Positions 51,289 to 60,900 of a DNA stretch of 64,000 nucleotides are shown here, piece by piece. The translations under genes and the position numbers were made by a program. The DNA is taken from NCBI GenBank assembly GCA_039208735.1, contig JBCCQY010000002.1:64001-128000 (forward strand). Direction: 5' to 3'. The notes under the pieces are model-generated. The model was not told the origin of the DNA. It made no database searches and was given only the letters and a program-made list of their open reading frames with translations. This stretch comes from Myxococcota bacterium (GTDB lineage Bacteria; Myxococcota_A; UBA796; GCA-2862545). Position 1 is the first letter of the stretch; each line of letters starts with the position of its first letter.

Positions 51289-51588
51289 TCATCCGAGGCC
51301 ATCAGGCAGAAGCTTGTGTAGTGCGTCGAGATAGGCGAGAAACGCGTCACGGCCAGGCTCGGTCAACGAGACCCGCGTCTGGGGCTTTCGTTCGACGAAC
51401 CGTTTTTCGACTGCGACATAGCCCGCCTTCTCGAGCTTCCCGAGGTGGCTGGCCAAGTTTCCATCGGTCGCCCCGAGCTGGTCACGCAGCACAGTGAATG
51501 CAATTCGCTCGACGGGAATCAATGCGCTCATGATGGCGAGCCGAAGGGGGGCATGAATCACCGGATCAAGGGCCTTCGGGTCACCCAC
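51289..51588 (-). CDS. Winged-helix transcriptional regulator (HTH_34-like)
   Basis: LDPVIHAPLRLAIM, TDGNLASHLGKLEKAGYV and LTEPGRDAF motifs. Confidence 0.88.
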   Translation of the reverse strand: MGDPKALDPVIHAPLRLAIMSALIPVERIAFTVLRDQLGATDGNLASHLGKLEKAGYVAVEKRFVERKPQTRVSLTEPGRDAFLAYLDALHKLLPDGLG

Positions 51589-52153
51589 GGGCCGCCCGCA
51601 TCATCCAGATGCCCGGCACGACGTAGCCGAGCAGGAGGACGACGGCGAACAGCGCAAACTGAAGCTGCCAAGTAAGGAACCAGCTCATTATTCCCGCGAT
51701 GAGAAACAGCACCGCAGACCCGGTCACGGGACGATAACGATACAGCGCCCCGGCGGTGGCCAGCGCGACCGCGAGGATCGAGCAGAGAATCGGAACAATG
51801 GCGGCGGGGGGGAGCATGCCAGACGCGGGACCTCCGAACGCCAGCGCCCCCATGGCCAAGCCTGTGAACAGCCAGGTCCGGGCCTCGACACGATTGGCGT
51901 AGGTGAAGACGCGATTGGCCTGTTGGCGGCCACGGAAGATGGAGTACGCCACCGCGGCGGGGGTCGTCATGAACCACGCCATCCACGGCTGGGAAAAGCC
52001 CCATCGATCGAGCATGACCTGGCCGAGGAGCGCCGCAATCACCACGACCGCCCAGACGACATAGATGTCTCCGGTGCGAATCCGATCATGGCGCGATCGT
52101 TCTACCATCTCGCGGATTGCTGCGAGGTGGCTTGCGGCGTCCTCGGTCTTCAT
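51581..52153 (-). CDS. Multi-pass membrane protein, operonic with the HTH regulator
   Basis: LAAIREMVERSR N-terminus followed by about 6 TM segments. Confidence 0.75.
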   Translation of the reverse strand: MKTEDAASHLAAIREMVERSRHDRIRTGDIYVVWAVVVIAALLGQVMLDRWGFSQPWMAWFMTTPAAVAYSIFRGRQQANRVFTYANRVEARTWLFTGLAMGALAFGGPASGMLPPAAIVPILCSILAVALATAGALYRYRPVTGSAVLFLIAGIMSWFLTWQLQFALFAVVLLLGYVVPGIWMMRAARG

Positions 52154-52154
52154 T

Positions 52155-52688
52155 TCAGGCTCCCTGGCCAAGCGCTCCCAAGTACACCATGACCCCTGCC
52201 CTCACACTGGGGCCTCGAACCACATCGAGGACTCCGCGCCCACCTTGGCTGCCGAACTCAACGGAAAGCGCGGTGCGGGGAGCAAGGCGCACCTCGATTC
52301 CGTAGTGCCCCCCGCCGCCCAGGGCAGGCTCCCCTTGTGCGTCAACCCCGACCAACAGTCCCCCTCCTCCTACAACGCGCAGAATGCCGAGGAGCACAGG
52401 GCCACGGCCAAACAGCGAGATCCCTCCCATCCACACCACGGGATCGGCCGAAGACACGGCAAGGCCGCGTAGGCGCGCGCCGAAGAACTGCCCGGCCCGC
52501 CTGCCGAATGGCACATCGAGACGGATCCCGTACCCCGTACCCCGACCCAGGGTCCCGCCATCGGCACCAAAGCCCAGGCCCCGCCATTTGCGGTTGATCG
52601 CGGCGACCTCCTGGGGCGATGCCAATGGACCCGTCGTCACGTCAGGCGGACTTGCCAGGGCGGTGAGGGCAAGGAAGCAAGAAAACAC
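52155..52688 (-). CDS. Hypothetical exported protein (beta-barrel-like)
   Basis: GGAGG SD with GTG start, signal peptide and Gly/aromatic alternating strands. Confidence 0.55.
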   Translation of the reverse strand: MFSCFLALTALASPPDVTTGPLASPQEVAAINRKWRGLGFGADGGTLGRGTGYGIRLDVPFGRRAGQFFGARLRGLAVSSADPVVWMGGISLFGRGPVLLGILRVVGGGGLLVGVDAQGEPALGGGGHYGIEVRLAPRTALSVEFGSQGGRGVLDVVRGPSVRAGVMVYLGALGQGA

Positions 52689-52703
52689 ATCGACCTCCAA
52701 CTT

Positions 52704-52734
52704 TTCAAAGTACTTTGAAGTGCAAAGTATAGCA
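52704..52734 (-). promoter_or_regulatory. Palindromic operator overlapping an extended -10 promoter
   Basis: Perfect palindrome TTCAAAGTACTTTGAA (52704-52719), ACTTTG-N5-CAAAGT (52712-52728) and minus-strand TGCTATACT (52726-52734). Confidence 0.65.
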
Positions 52735-53191
52735 GAGACGAGCGTCGTGGATGCACATTCAATCGGATGGAGGCCATATGTAGGTGTGGCTCGCGTGTGG
52801 AGTAGCGTCGGACGCGTATCGGGGGCGCTCCGTGTTTGCCGTTTCAGGCCGAACCCTACTGCGGAACCTCTACGCGCCCTGCCCCCGCGATATCCGCATT
52901 CCGCTTGAACGGGTTCGCTACGTCAGCGGGACTTTGTGTACGGCATGCGCAAGAGCCTGGAAACATCGCTCACAGAGGTGGTGATCGTGGTCCGCCCCGA
53001 AGGTTCCGTGACGACGGCGGTACTTCGTAGGGCGGCCACACTCACACCGATGTCGATCCCGACGCATCGGGGCTCGCCGGCACTGACGTTCGAAGAGTGC
53101 GTCCAAAAGGTCTCCCGCAGCCTGGGCCAATGTCCCAGGTTGGATCGGGAGAGTCCCGTCCGTCAACCTCGGCGTCCAACGAGCCGGACCA

Positions 53192-54847
53192 TCAGGCCAT
53201 CCGTCCAACCCCGGCAAATCGAATGCCGGCGAGCGCGGCCGTAGTCTCGTCACACGTAGACAGATCCGAAGGTTGAAACTTGCGGAATGCATCGTGACCG
53301 CAAGCTCGCGCCAACACCTTCATCAGTTCGGTGGCCCCGATGAAGAAATTGGCCAAGCGCGTGGCGCTAGCTTCCACCACAAGCCGCTTGCGAAGGTGTT
53401 CCTTGCGGGTCGCGATGCCGACGGGACAGTTGTTCGTGTTGCAAGCCCGCATGCCAAGGCAACCGATGGCCTGCAGGGCCGCGTTGGAGACCGCAATGGC
53501 GTCTGCTCCGAGCATCAGGGCCTTCACAAAGTCGGTAGGAACGCGCAGGCCGCCGGTCACGATCAAAGTCACCGGCTTGTCGCTGCTCCGCCCCCGGCCG
53601 ATTCGCTCCAGGTAGTGTCGGGCGCGCGCCAGCGCGGGAATGGTCGGCACGCTGATGTGGTCACGGAAGATGACCGGAGCCGCGCCCGTTCCCCCTCCAC
53701 GACCGTCCAAGATGATGTAGTCGGCGGTCGACTCGATCGCGAAGTCGATGTCGTCTTCGATGTGCTGACCGCTCATCTTGAAGCCGATGGGGATGCCGCC
53801 GGTCGCGTCTCGTACCTCATCCGCGACCCGTCGGAAGTCGGCCGGGGTCGAGAGATCGGTGAACGTGGCCGGTGAAATGGCGCTCTGTCCCACCTCGATG
53901 CCACGAACCTGTGCAATGCGCGCATCGACCTTGTGGCCCGGCAGGTGACCCCCCGTGCCCGTCTTGGCTCCCTGACCCGCCTTGAAGTGCATGGCTTGCG
54001 ACTTCTGGGCATTCGCGATGGACCAGCCAAACCGACCGCTGGCCAGTTCAAGCAGATAGCGCGAGTTCGCCTGCTGCTCCTCGGGTAGCATGCCCCCCTC
54101 TCCCGAGCAGATCCCCGTTCCCGCACGCTCCGCGCCCTTGGCGAGCGCGAGCTTGGCTTCCTCCGAGATCGCTCCAAAGCTCATGTCGCTGACGAACAAC
54201 GGAATCTCGAGTTCGAGCGGCTTGTTGCACGCCGGACCGATCACCGTTCGCGTGTCGACGGGATGGTCATCGAGCAACGGCTTGCGCCGCAGCTGGGCCG
54301 TCAGAATCTGAAGATCGTCCCAGGCGGGCAGTTTGTGGTGCGGAACCCCCATGGCCACGGTGACCCCGTGGTGCCCCACTCCGGCGATGCCTTCCCGGGC
54401 GAGGCGTTGGATGAACGCGTTGTGGGGCTCGTCAGGCGTGCCGTGGGGGTCTTGGTAGTCACCAAGGTACGCATCGCGGTTGAAGGGCTGTGGATGCTCG
54501 GTGCGCCACCGTGCGACTTCATCCGCATCGACGGTCACAGACCGTTGGCCATCGACATCCTCAATCCACGCCGAGAATTTCTCGAGAACCTCGTCGTTTT
54601 TGTACTCAGAGACACCGGTGTCGAAACGGTAGTCCCAGTTATGAAGGCCGCAAACGAGGTTGCCACCTTGGATATGACCATCGGCGAGTAGGGCACCCCG
54701 ATGGAGGCAACGCCCATAGAGCACCGAGACCTGATCAGCGCCATCGCGTTCATAGCGAACGATCACGAGGTCGACGTTGGCGACCCGAGCGGGGGTGGGA
54801 GTGAGGGCGGGCAGCTGGTTCCAACGGGCCACGACCACGCGATTCAT
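53192..54847 (-). CDS. Rieske 2Fe-2S domain fused to FMN-binding glutamate synthase-family domain
   Basis: CLH...CGLH, SDMSFGA, CSGEGG, GQGAKTGTGG and 3Fe-4S CLGMRACNTNNCPVG motifs; GGAGGAG SD. Confidence 0.88.
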   Translation of the reverse strand: MNRVVVARWNQLPALTPTPARVANVDLVIVRYERDGADQVSVLYGRCLHRGALLADGHIQGGNLVCGLHNWDYRFDTGVSEYKNDEVLEKFSAWIEDVDGQRSVTVDADEVARWRTEHPQPFNRDAYLGDYQDPHGTPDEPHNAFIQRLAREGIAGVGHHGVTVAMGVPHHKLPAWDDLQILTAQLRRKPLLDDHPVDTRTVIGPACNKPLELEIPLFVSDMSFGAISEEAKLALAKGAERAGTGICSGEGGMLPEEQQANSRYLLELASGRFGWSIANAQKSQAMHFKAGQGAKTGTGGHLPGHKVDARIAQVRGIEVGQSAISPATFTDLSTPADFRRVADEVRDATGGIPIGFKMSGQHIEDDIDFAIESTADYIILDGRGGGTGAAPVIFRDHISVPTIPALARARHYLERIGRGRSSDKPVTLIVTGGLRVPTDFVKALMLGADAIAVSNAALQAIGCLGMRACNTNNCPVGIATRKEHLRKRLVVEASATRLANFFIGATELMKVLARACGHDAFRKFQPSDLSTCDETTAALAGIRFAGVGRMA

Positions 54848-54937
54848 GGACTCCTCCGATTGTCTAGGAGACTCTACCGGGAACTTGCGCCCCGATGAGT
54901 CCAGTGTGCGAAGATCGGTCCCCCCCCCGGAGGAGAC

Positions 54938-55414
54938 ATGTTGCGCATCACTGCACTTTGGGCCCTGTTGACGGGCTGCGTCGGCACCGAGCCAGACACG
55001 ACCCCAACCGACGAGACGGCCACGCCAACCGAGACCCTCCCTACAGCCGAAACCGGCGAGAAAAAGAGCCCCGATACCCCGCCGGTCGTCACGATTACGA
55101 TGCCCAAAAAGGCACAATCCTCGTTGTTCTACGACGGCTACGACAACGACGCGATGCTCTGGTACAAAGACGTGACCTTCGAGGGCACCGCCACGGACGC
55201 CGAAGACGGCGAACTCTCCGGAGCATCGTTGGTTTGGACGACCAACAAGTCCGGCATTCAAGAAGCCGAACTGGGCACGGGCGGATCGATTACCGCGCGG
55301 CTCTACAGCGACGACTGCTTTGGAGCCACGCACAACATCACGCTGACGGGGACGGACAGCGACGGCAATGCCGTCTCTGCCGTCGTCGAGATCTTCATCT
55401 ACACCGTCTGCTGA
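54938..55414 (+). CDS. Hypothetical lipoprotein (Ig-like/PKD-like)
   Basis: GGAGGAG SD, lipobox LTGC, DAEDG and HNITLTGTDSDG motifs. Confidence 0.7.
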   Translation: MLRITALWALLTGCVGTEPDTTPTDETATPTETLPTAETGEKKSPDTPPVVTITMPKKAQSSLFYDGYDNDAMLWYKDVTFEGTATDAEDGELSGASLVWTTNKSGIQEAELGTGGSITARLYSDDCFGATHNITLTGTDSDGNAVSAVVEIFIYTVC

Positions 55415-55417
55415 AGA

Positions 55418-56701
55418 CTACGGAAGGATCTCGTTGGGCGCGATCGTCGTGAGGGTCGTGCTCCCAAGCACGACCGACCGGTCGGTGGCGGCGGTGTTGT
55501 TGTCTCCACCCAGAACGACGGACTCAAGGCCCGAGGCGATGTTGAGGGCCCCGCCGACGACCGCCGAAGTCACGCCGGGCGCCTGATTGGCGTTGCCAGA
55601 CAGAATGACCGCGGCAAGGCCGTCATTGAGGTTGAACGCACCGCCCACGACGACCGCCGAGAATCCGTTGGTGCCGGTCTGGTTGGACTGACCACCCACC
55701 ACCGACGACAGAATGCCGGTGGTGGTGTTGCTCACGCCTCCAAGCACGGTAGAAGCGGGGCCCAACGCCTGGTTGCCCGAACCGAAGGCCACCGAGAAGT
55801 CGGTGATGACGTTGTCGAGGCCTGACACCATGGAAGCCACGCCCGTCCACTCGTGACCATCGCCGATGATCAGGTTGTGGCTCCCCGTCCGCACCGGGTT
55901 GGCCACGGGCGGGTTGTTGGCCGGGTCAGGCAAGGCATTGTAACCGATAACCAGATTACCAAGTCCCGTAAGCGCCCCATCGTCGTCGGTGAAGCCCGAG
56001 CCCGACTGGACGAACAGGTTGGCCCCGCTGAAGACGATCTCGTTGTTCATCGTGTCGACCGTCACGTAGCTGAGCAAGTCGCTCGCATCCCCCAACCCAT
56101 CGAGATCCGACTGGGTCAGGTAATCGGCCTCGATGACCGCGATACGATCTTCGACCGCCTGGAGGTCGGGCGGAGTGTTGACGTTGGCCAAGACGAAGGC
56201 CTCGGTGGCCAAGCCCACCAAGTCGCCCGCGGTGAGGTAATCGGCCTCGATGAACGACACGCGCGTCGACACCGCCGCCGTTGCGTCCGACAGCGCCGTC
56301 GCCGTGGCCTGCGTCAGGTAATCCACCTCGATGGCCCCTACGCGCGCCGACACCGCATCGGTCGCGTTCGTGAGCGCCACCGCATCCTTCTGGGTGAGGT
56401 AGTCCACCTCGATGTCGGCAACCCGTTGTTCGAGGTCCGTCGGAAGGGCATCGACCGCCATCTGTAGCGCATCATCAGCCGCTTCCAGCTCTGCATCCGC
56501 ATCTTCGAGTTCAAGATCCTTGGCTTCAAGCGCCGTAACCGCCGTTTCAAGTTGGGTGCGCAAGTCCTCAATCTCGTCCGTGGCGTCCATCAACGCGTTC
56601 TCGAGATCATCGAGACGCTGCTGGTCGGCGTCCGAGGTGCCACCGAACGAACAGGCGACCGAGGTGAGCGGGATCAGCGAAAACAGCATCAAACGAAGCA
56701 T
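55418..56701 (-). CDS. Fibre-like lipoprotein: coiled coil + DYLT repeats + Gly-rich beta-helix head
   Basis: Lipobox SVAC, heptad region, four RxxxIExDYLT repeats and C-terminal (S/A)xVxGGxxN repeats. Confidence 0.7.
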   Translation of the reverse strand: MLRLMLFSLIPLTSVACSFGGTSDADQQRLDDLENALMDATDEIEDLRTQLETAVTALEAKDLELEDADAELEAADDALQMAVDALPTDLEQRVADIEVDYLTQKDAVALTNATDAVSARVGAIEVDYLTQATATALSDATAAVSTRVSFIEADYLTAGDLVGLATEAFVLANVNTPPDLQAVEDRIAVIEADYLTQSDLDGLGDASDLLSYVTVDTMNNEIVFSGANLFVQSGSGFTDDDGALTGLGNLVIGYNALPDPANNPPVANPVRTGSHNLIIGDGHEWTGVASMVSGLDNVITDFSVAFGSGNQALGPASTVLGGVSNTTTGILSSVVGGQSNQTGTNGFSAVVVGGAFNLNDGLAAVILSGNANQAPGVTSAVVGGALNIASGLESVVLGGDNNTAATDRSVVLGSTTLTTIAPNEILP

Positions 56702-56775
56702 AATGACCATCCATCGTGGGAAGGGGCAGCCAAAGTAGCCGGTCGATGCAGGATCAGCTGGCAGAAGTTGACCGC

Positions 56776-57906
56776 CTAATCTTCCCCGCTTTCTTCCTCG
56801 GGTTCTGGCAGCAGCGACTTACGAATGCGGTGCCACACATACCCGGCATCCGAACCGGGATCGTCCCATCGACCTGAGAACCTTCCGCAAAAGCTCGATT
56901 TCAAGATCTCCGCGAGGAGCGCATCGTCGGCCTTCTCCATGAGCGGATGCTTGAGATAAATGCACACTTCATCGGTGGCCCGAACCGACAGGCCCGCTAC
57001 GAGCTCTTTGGCATCGCGAACCTCGTTAGCGAGCTTCACGATGGTCTTGAGCCGTGCCTTCGAGACCTCGGGATGCCGCCGATGCAGCAACTTGACCTCT
57101 TCCTCCGCGGGCAGGTAGGTCACCTGAAGAGGCGCAAAGCGGTCGAGTTGGGCCGCATCGATCGAAAAGGTTCCGGTGAACGCCGACCCCCGATTGACTG
57201 CGGCCACAAACTGTACGTTGTCAGGAATGTCGAGGAACGCGTTGGTGACAGGATCGAAGAGCTTCCGAGTGCTGTCCAACGCGGGCATCAGCGTATTGCG
57301 CGCGGCTTCTGGACAACGATTCAGCTCGTCGAGGAACACGAGGTAGCGCCCATCGTCCTCGCGCGCCTCGAACAGCGCGGCCCGCAGGTCCGTCGAGACG
57401 AAATCGGTGATGGGCACCCCACCTTCACCGGCTCGGACTTGAATCGTGGCCATGAAGTCGGTCGCTTCAATGACCGAACTGCAGTTGAAGAATACGAACC
57501 GCATGCCCAACGTCTCGGAGATTGCGCGGGCGAGAACAGTTTTCCCAGAGCCCTGTGGACCATCGAGCAGAATGTTGAGGCCACTTTCGAGAAGCACCTG
57601 TAGCTTTCGCGAAACCACAGGATCCAGATAGATCCCATCGATCTGAAGCGCATGGGCCCGCACGAACTCCACCTCGATCCAGCCCCGGTCGCTCCGTTCG
57701 GGTTTGTGGACCTCGACAATGCGCACCTCGGTCCGCATACCAGGTCGAATGCGCGGATCGTCGGACAATACGACTTTGGGAGCGCGCTTACCGTCGAGGT
57801 GAGTCGCCCGATAACGGTATTTGGAGCTATCAACCGGGTTGACGAAAAACGTGGTGGACATCGTCTTACCGACGTGGATCTCGTGGACCTTCCACTTGCC
57901 GCTCAT
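56776..57906 (-). CDS. MoxR-like AAA+ ATPase (AAA_5 / CbbQ-NorQ-like) with N-terminal beta domain
   Basis: Walker A GPQGSGKT, Walker B VFLDELNR, AAVN, IDAAQLDRF and SVRA motifs; GGAG SD immediately after the vWA gene stop. Confidence 0.88.
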   Translation of the reverse strand: MSGKWKVHEIHVGKTMSTTFFVNPVDSSKYRYRATHLDGKRAPKVVLSDDPRIRPGMRTEVRIVEVHKPERSDRGWIEVEFVRAHALQIDGIYLDPVVSRKLQVLLESGLNILLDGPQGSGKTVLARAISETLGMRFVFFNCSSVIEATDFMATIQVRAGEGGVPITDFVSTDLRAALFEAREDDGRYLVFLDELNRCPEAARNTLMPALDSTRKLFDPVTNAFLDIPDNVQFVAAVNRGSAFTGTFSIDAAQLDRFAPLQVTYLPAEEEVKLLHRRHPEVSKARLKTIVKLANEVRDAKELVAGLSVRATDEVCIYLKHPLMEKADDALLAEILKSSFCGRFSGRWDDPGSDAGYVWHRIRKSLLPEPEEESGED

Positions 57907-57914
57907 GAACTCTC

Positions 57915-60900
57915 CTACCGGCGCGCACGCATCGTGGTTGCCACGAGGCCCTGGACGATGCGGCCGAAGCGGCGCACCGCATCGCCGGTTTCATCGTTCA
58001 GCACCTCGACGTAATGGTCGAAACAGGGCTCGCGAATCGGCGCGACCGCGACCTGGGCGCAGGCCATGCCTTCGCGAGAGAGTCTGCGGACCAGCCCGAT
58101 GAGTGCGTTCGAGGTGCACTCCGTGGGAAGCCCATCGCTGATCATGACGAGGAGCTTGACGTCGCGGGGGCTTCGTCGCGCCAGCGTTGCGACATGGTGC
58201 AACGCCGCCGCATCGTTGTTGCCGCCCTCCGTACGCAAGGCATGGGCCGCACTGCGCATGGCGTTGCCCGCATCGAACAGCTTCGAGTCGGTAAAGCCAA
58301 AGGTCCGAAGATCGACGCTCGCCAGTCCTCGGCAGGCTTCAGCCATCAAGGTTGCAAATCGGCGAGCCCGCTCGAGCCGGGCTCCGCCCATCGAGCCCGA
58401 ACAATCCACGCAGACGCCGACGAACAGGTCGTTGGCCGGCATGCGAACCCGACTCACCAAGATGCGCGGATCCCGTCGGAGCGCAGCGTGCACCAAACGC
58501 CCTCGATCGATGCGATGCCCTTGGGTGCGGGGCTTGACCGGTCGGGTGGCCAAGCCCAAATCGGCGAGAGCGGCCCGAAGTTGGCTTGCCGGTCGCTGAA
58601 CATCACGGGCGAGCCGGGCGTGCGCCACCGGATCATGGGACAGGACCTCGATGGTTTCAATGCGGTCGAATTCGGTTTCATCCCCTACATTGATGGTGTC
58701 GGGGCCGGCGGCCCCTTCGCCAAACCCCTTGGGCTTCTCCCGAATGCGCTGGAGTTCATCGGCTTTGCCTTGAACCTCCTCGTCGGTGACCCCACGGCCA
58801 CCCGGAATCGCCTCACCATCGCCCCCCGCCGAGGTTTCGTGCAGGTCGACGAGGTCCATGAGGTTGACGTCATCCCCAAACAACTCGTGCAGCGCGAGGG
58901 TGACCTTCCACAGTCCCTCGTTGTCGAGCTTCCGGAACCCCTTCCCAAACAGGGCCAGACCCTTCTCAACGAGCGGATCCCCGTGCCGATTGCCAAGCCC
59001 CATGCGCAGGGCCCGCACAAAGCGGGCGAAGCTCGATCCCTCGGCTTCGAGCTGCCGGAACAGCCGGCCCATTTCGATGGTGACGCAGCCCACCGTCCGC
59101 GCCACGCCCATCGAGGTGGCGATGAGGCGGTCGACCGACATGCCAAGGCGCTCGATGAGCGTGAGCACGTGGATGTCGGTGCGGGTGTGAAGGAACGCCC
59201 ACGCGGCCAACCGCTTGAGCACAAGGTCGTAGCCAGGCTTCATCGATCGCAAATTGCGTTCAAGATGCTCGTCGCACACGAGATTGTGAAGACGCTGAAG
59301 CTTCTTCTCCCCCGCCCGTTTCCAAACCTCGAGGCCTTCTCGGCTTGCGTTGTAGAGGTGGTGCCCAAGTTCGTGGATGAGCAGTCCCTTCAGAATCGCC
59401 GCGCCATTCCGCTCCCGGCGCAACAGCGGCAGCGGATTGACGTAGACGCGGTCCTGCTCGAGACGGGTATAGCCGAGCGACTCCCCTCCAATGAGCTGAA
59501 CGCCGAAGTCCCGATCGAGCAGGTCGCGGGCCTGGTCGCGCCCCCACAACACAACGCGAGCAAGCCGCCCCACCACCCGTTGCTTGATGTGGCGATTGTC
59601 CAGGTGATTAAGGGCTTCACGCTGTACCGCCTCTTGGTCGCAGTCGTTGAGGATGGCCAGCGCGGCCCTCGTCCGCTCAAACAAGGGCACATGGGAGGCG
59701 ACAACCGCCGTGAGCAGGGCGCTTGGCGGCACAAGGTCCGTCCCGGCCAGCACACCGGCTCGCGCGACTTCGTCGGCCCCCCGTGGGGCGAGTTCGACGA
59801 AGGGCTGGGTGTCGTTGCGCACCTGCTCCATGCGCCGCGCGGCCAGGATGGGTGCGCCCAGCGAGTCTCCCCGCGTGGCCAACGCTTCAGCCGCGGTCAG
59901 CCGAATCTTGGCCATCCGGTTCCGACCATGACGTAAGAACCGTCGTAGCGGCTCAATCTCCCGCCCATCGGGCTCCTCGATCAGCAAGAGCACGGCCCAG
60001 CGGTAAGCAGGGAAATGCGGGCTATCGACCAGAGCGATGGCAAGTTCCATGCTTCGGTCTGAGGGGGCATGGGCAAGCCAACGCGTGAAACGGGCGTGAT
60101 CGAGCCACGATCGAGCCTCATCGGTATGGGGGGCCACCATTGCGGCGACCGCCGGTTCGACGCAATCTACGTCGTCGAGGAACGCTCCTTCCGCCAACGC
60201 CAATGCCACGTGGAAGCGCACCTGTGGGGGGCGCGACGGATCGGCGAGGGTCTCGGCCAGAAGGCGAAGGGCATCCGAGTCCGACACAAGGGCAACCGCC
60301 TGGCAGAGCACGGCGGGATTGCGGCCCGGAGTCTCCACGAGAGCGTGAACGAGCGCGCGTCCGCCTTCTGGAAGCTCGAGAAGGCGCAACGAAGCCAGTT
60401 CCGCCCAGCCTCGCTCACCGCGCTGAACAATGTCGATGAGCACCGCCACGTCCGTGAGAGATTCCACGCCCTGCGGCACCTCCACGGTCTCGCCCGGCGG
60501 CTCCTCCGTCCCCGACGGTGGTTCGACGCCCAGCCACGCAGCGAGTTCGGCGACGGTTCGCGGAGGAAGCTCCCCGAGTCGGGCTTCCACAGGCTCGCGA
60601 TACGCCGAGAGGTCGATGCCCAAATGCACCATCGCGTTCAAGATCAGGGCCGCCTGTCGGGTGACGTCGGCGAAATCGGGGCGACTGGCAACATAGGCCC
60701 GGGGTGAGCCCGACGTGGCGTTCGCTCCATCGAAGGAACGGACGACGATCGTCAAGAATCGATCGTGCGCCACCTCGACCAGCGTTGTCGGCACACGCCA
60801 CCGCCAACGACCGCACAAGTGCCGAACGGCTTGCCACAGTCGATGCCGAAGCCGAGTGGACGGGAGCTCGAGCGAACGGGCCAGGACGGCGGCGAGGTCC

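Noticed and set aside
52768..53244. GGAGG-ATG-TAG start-stop element and small ORFs (52784-52984, 52945-53244)
   Set aside because: No family motifs; cannot be distinguished from chance without ribosome profiling or homologues.
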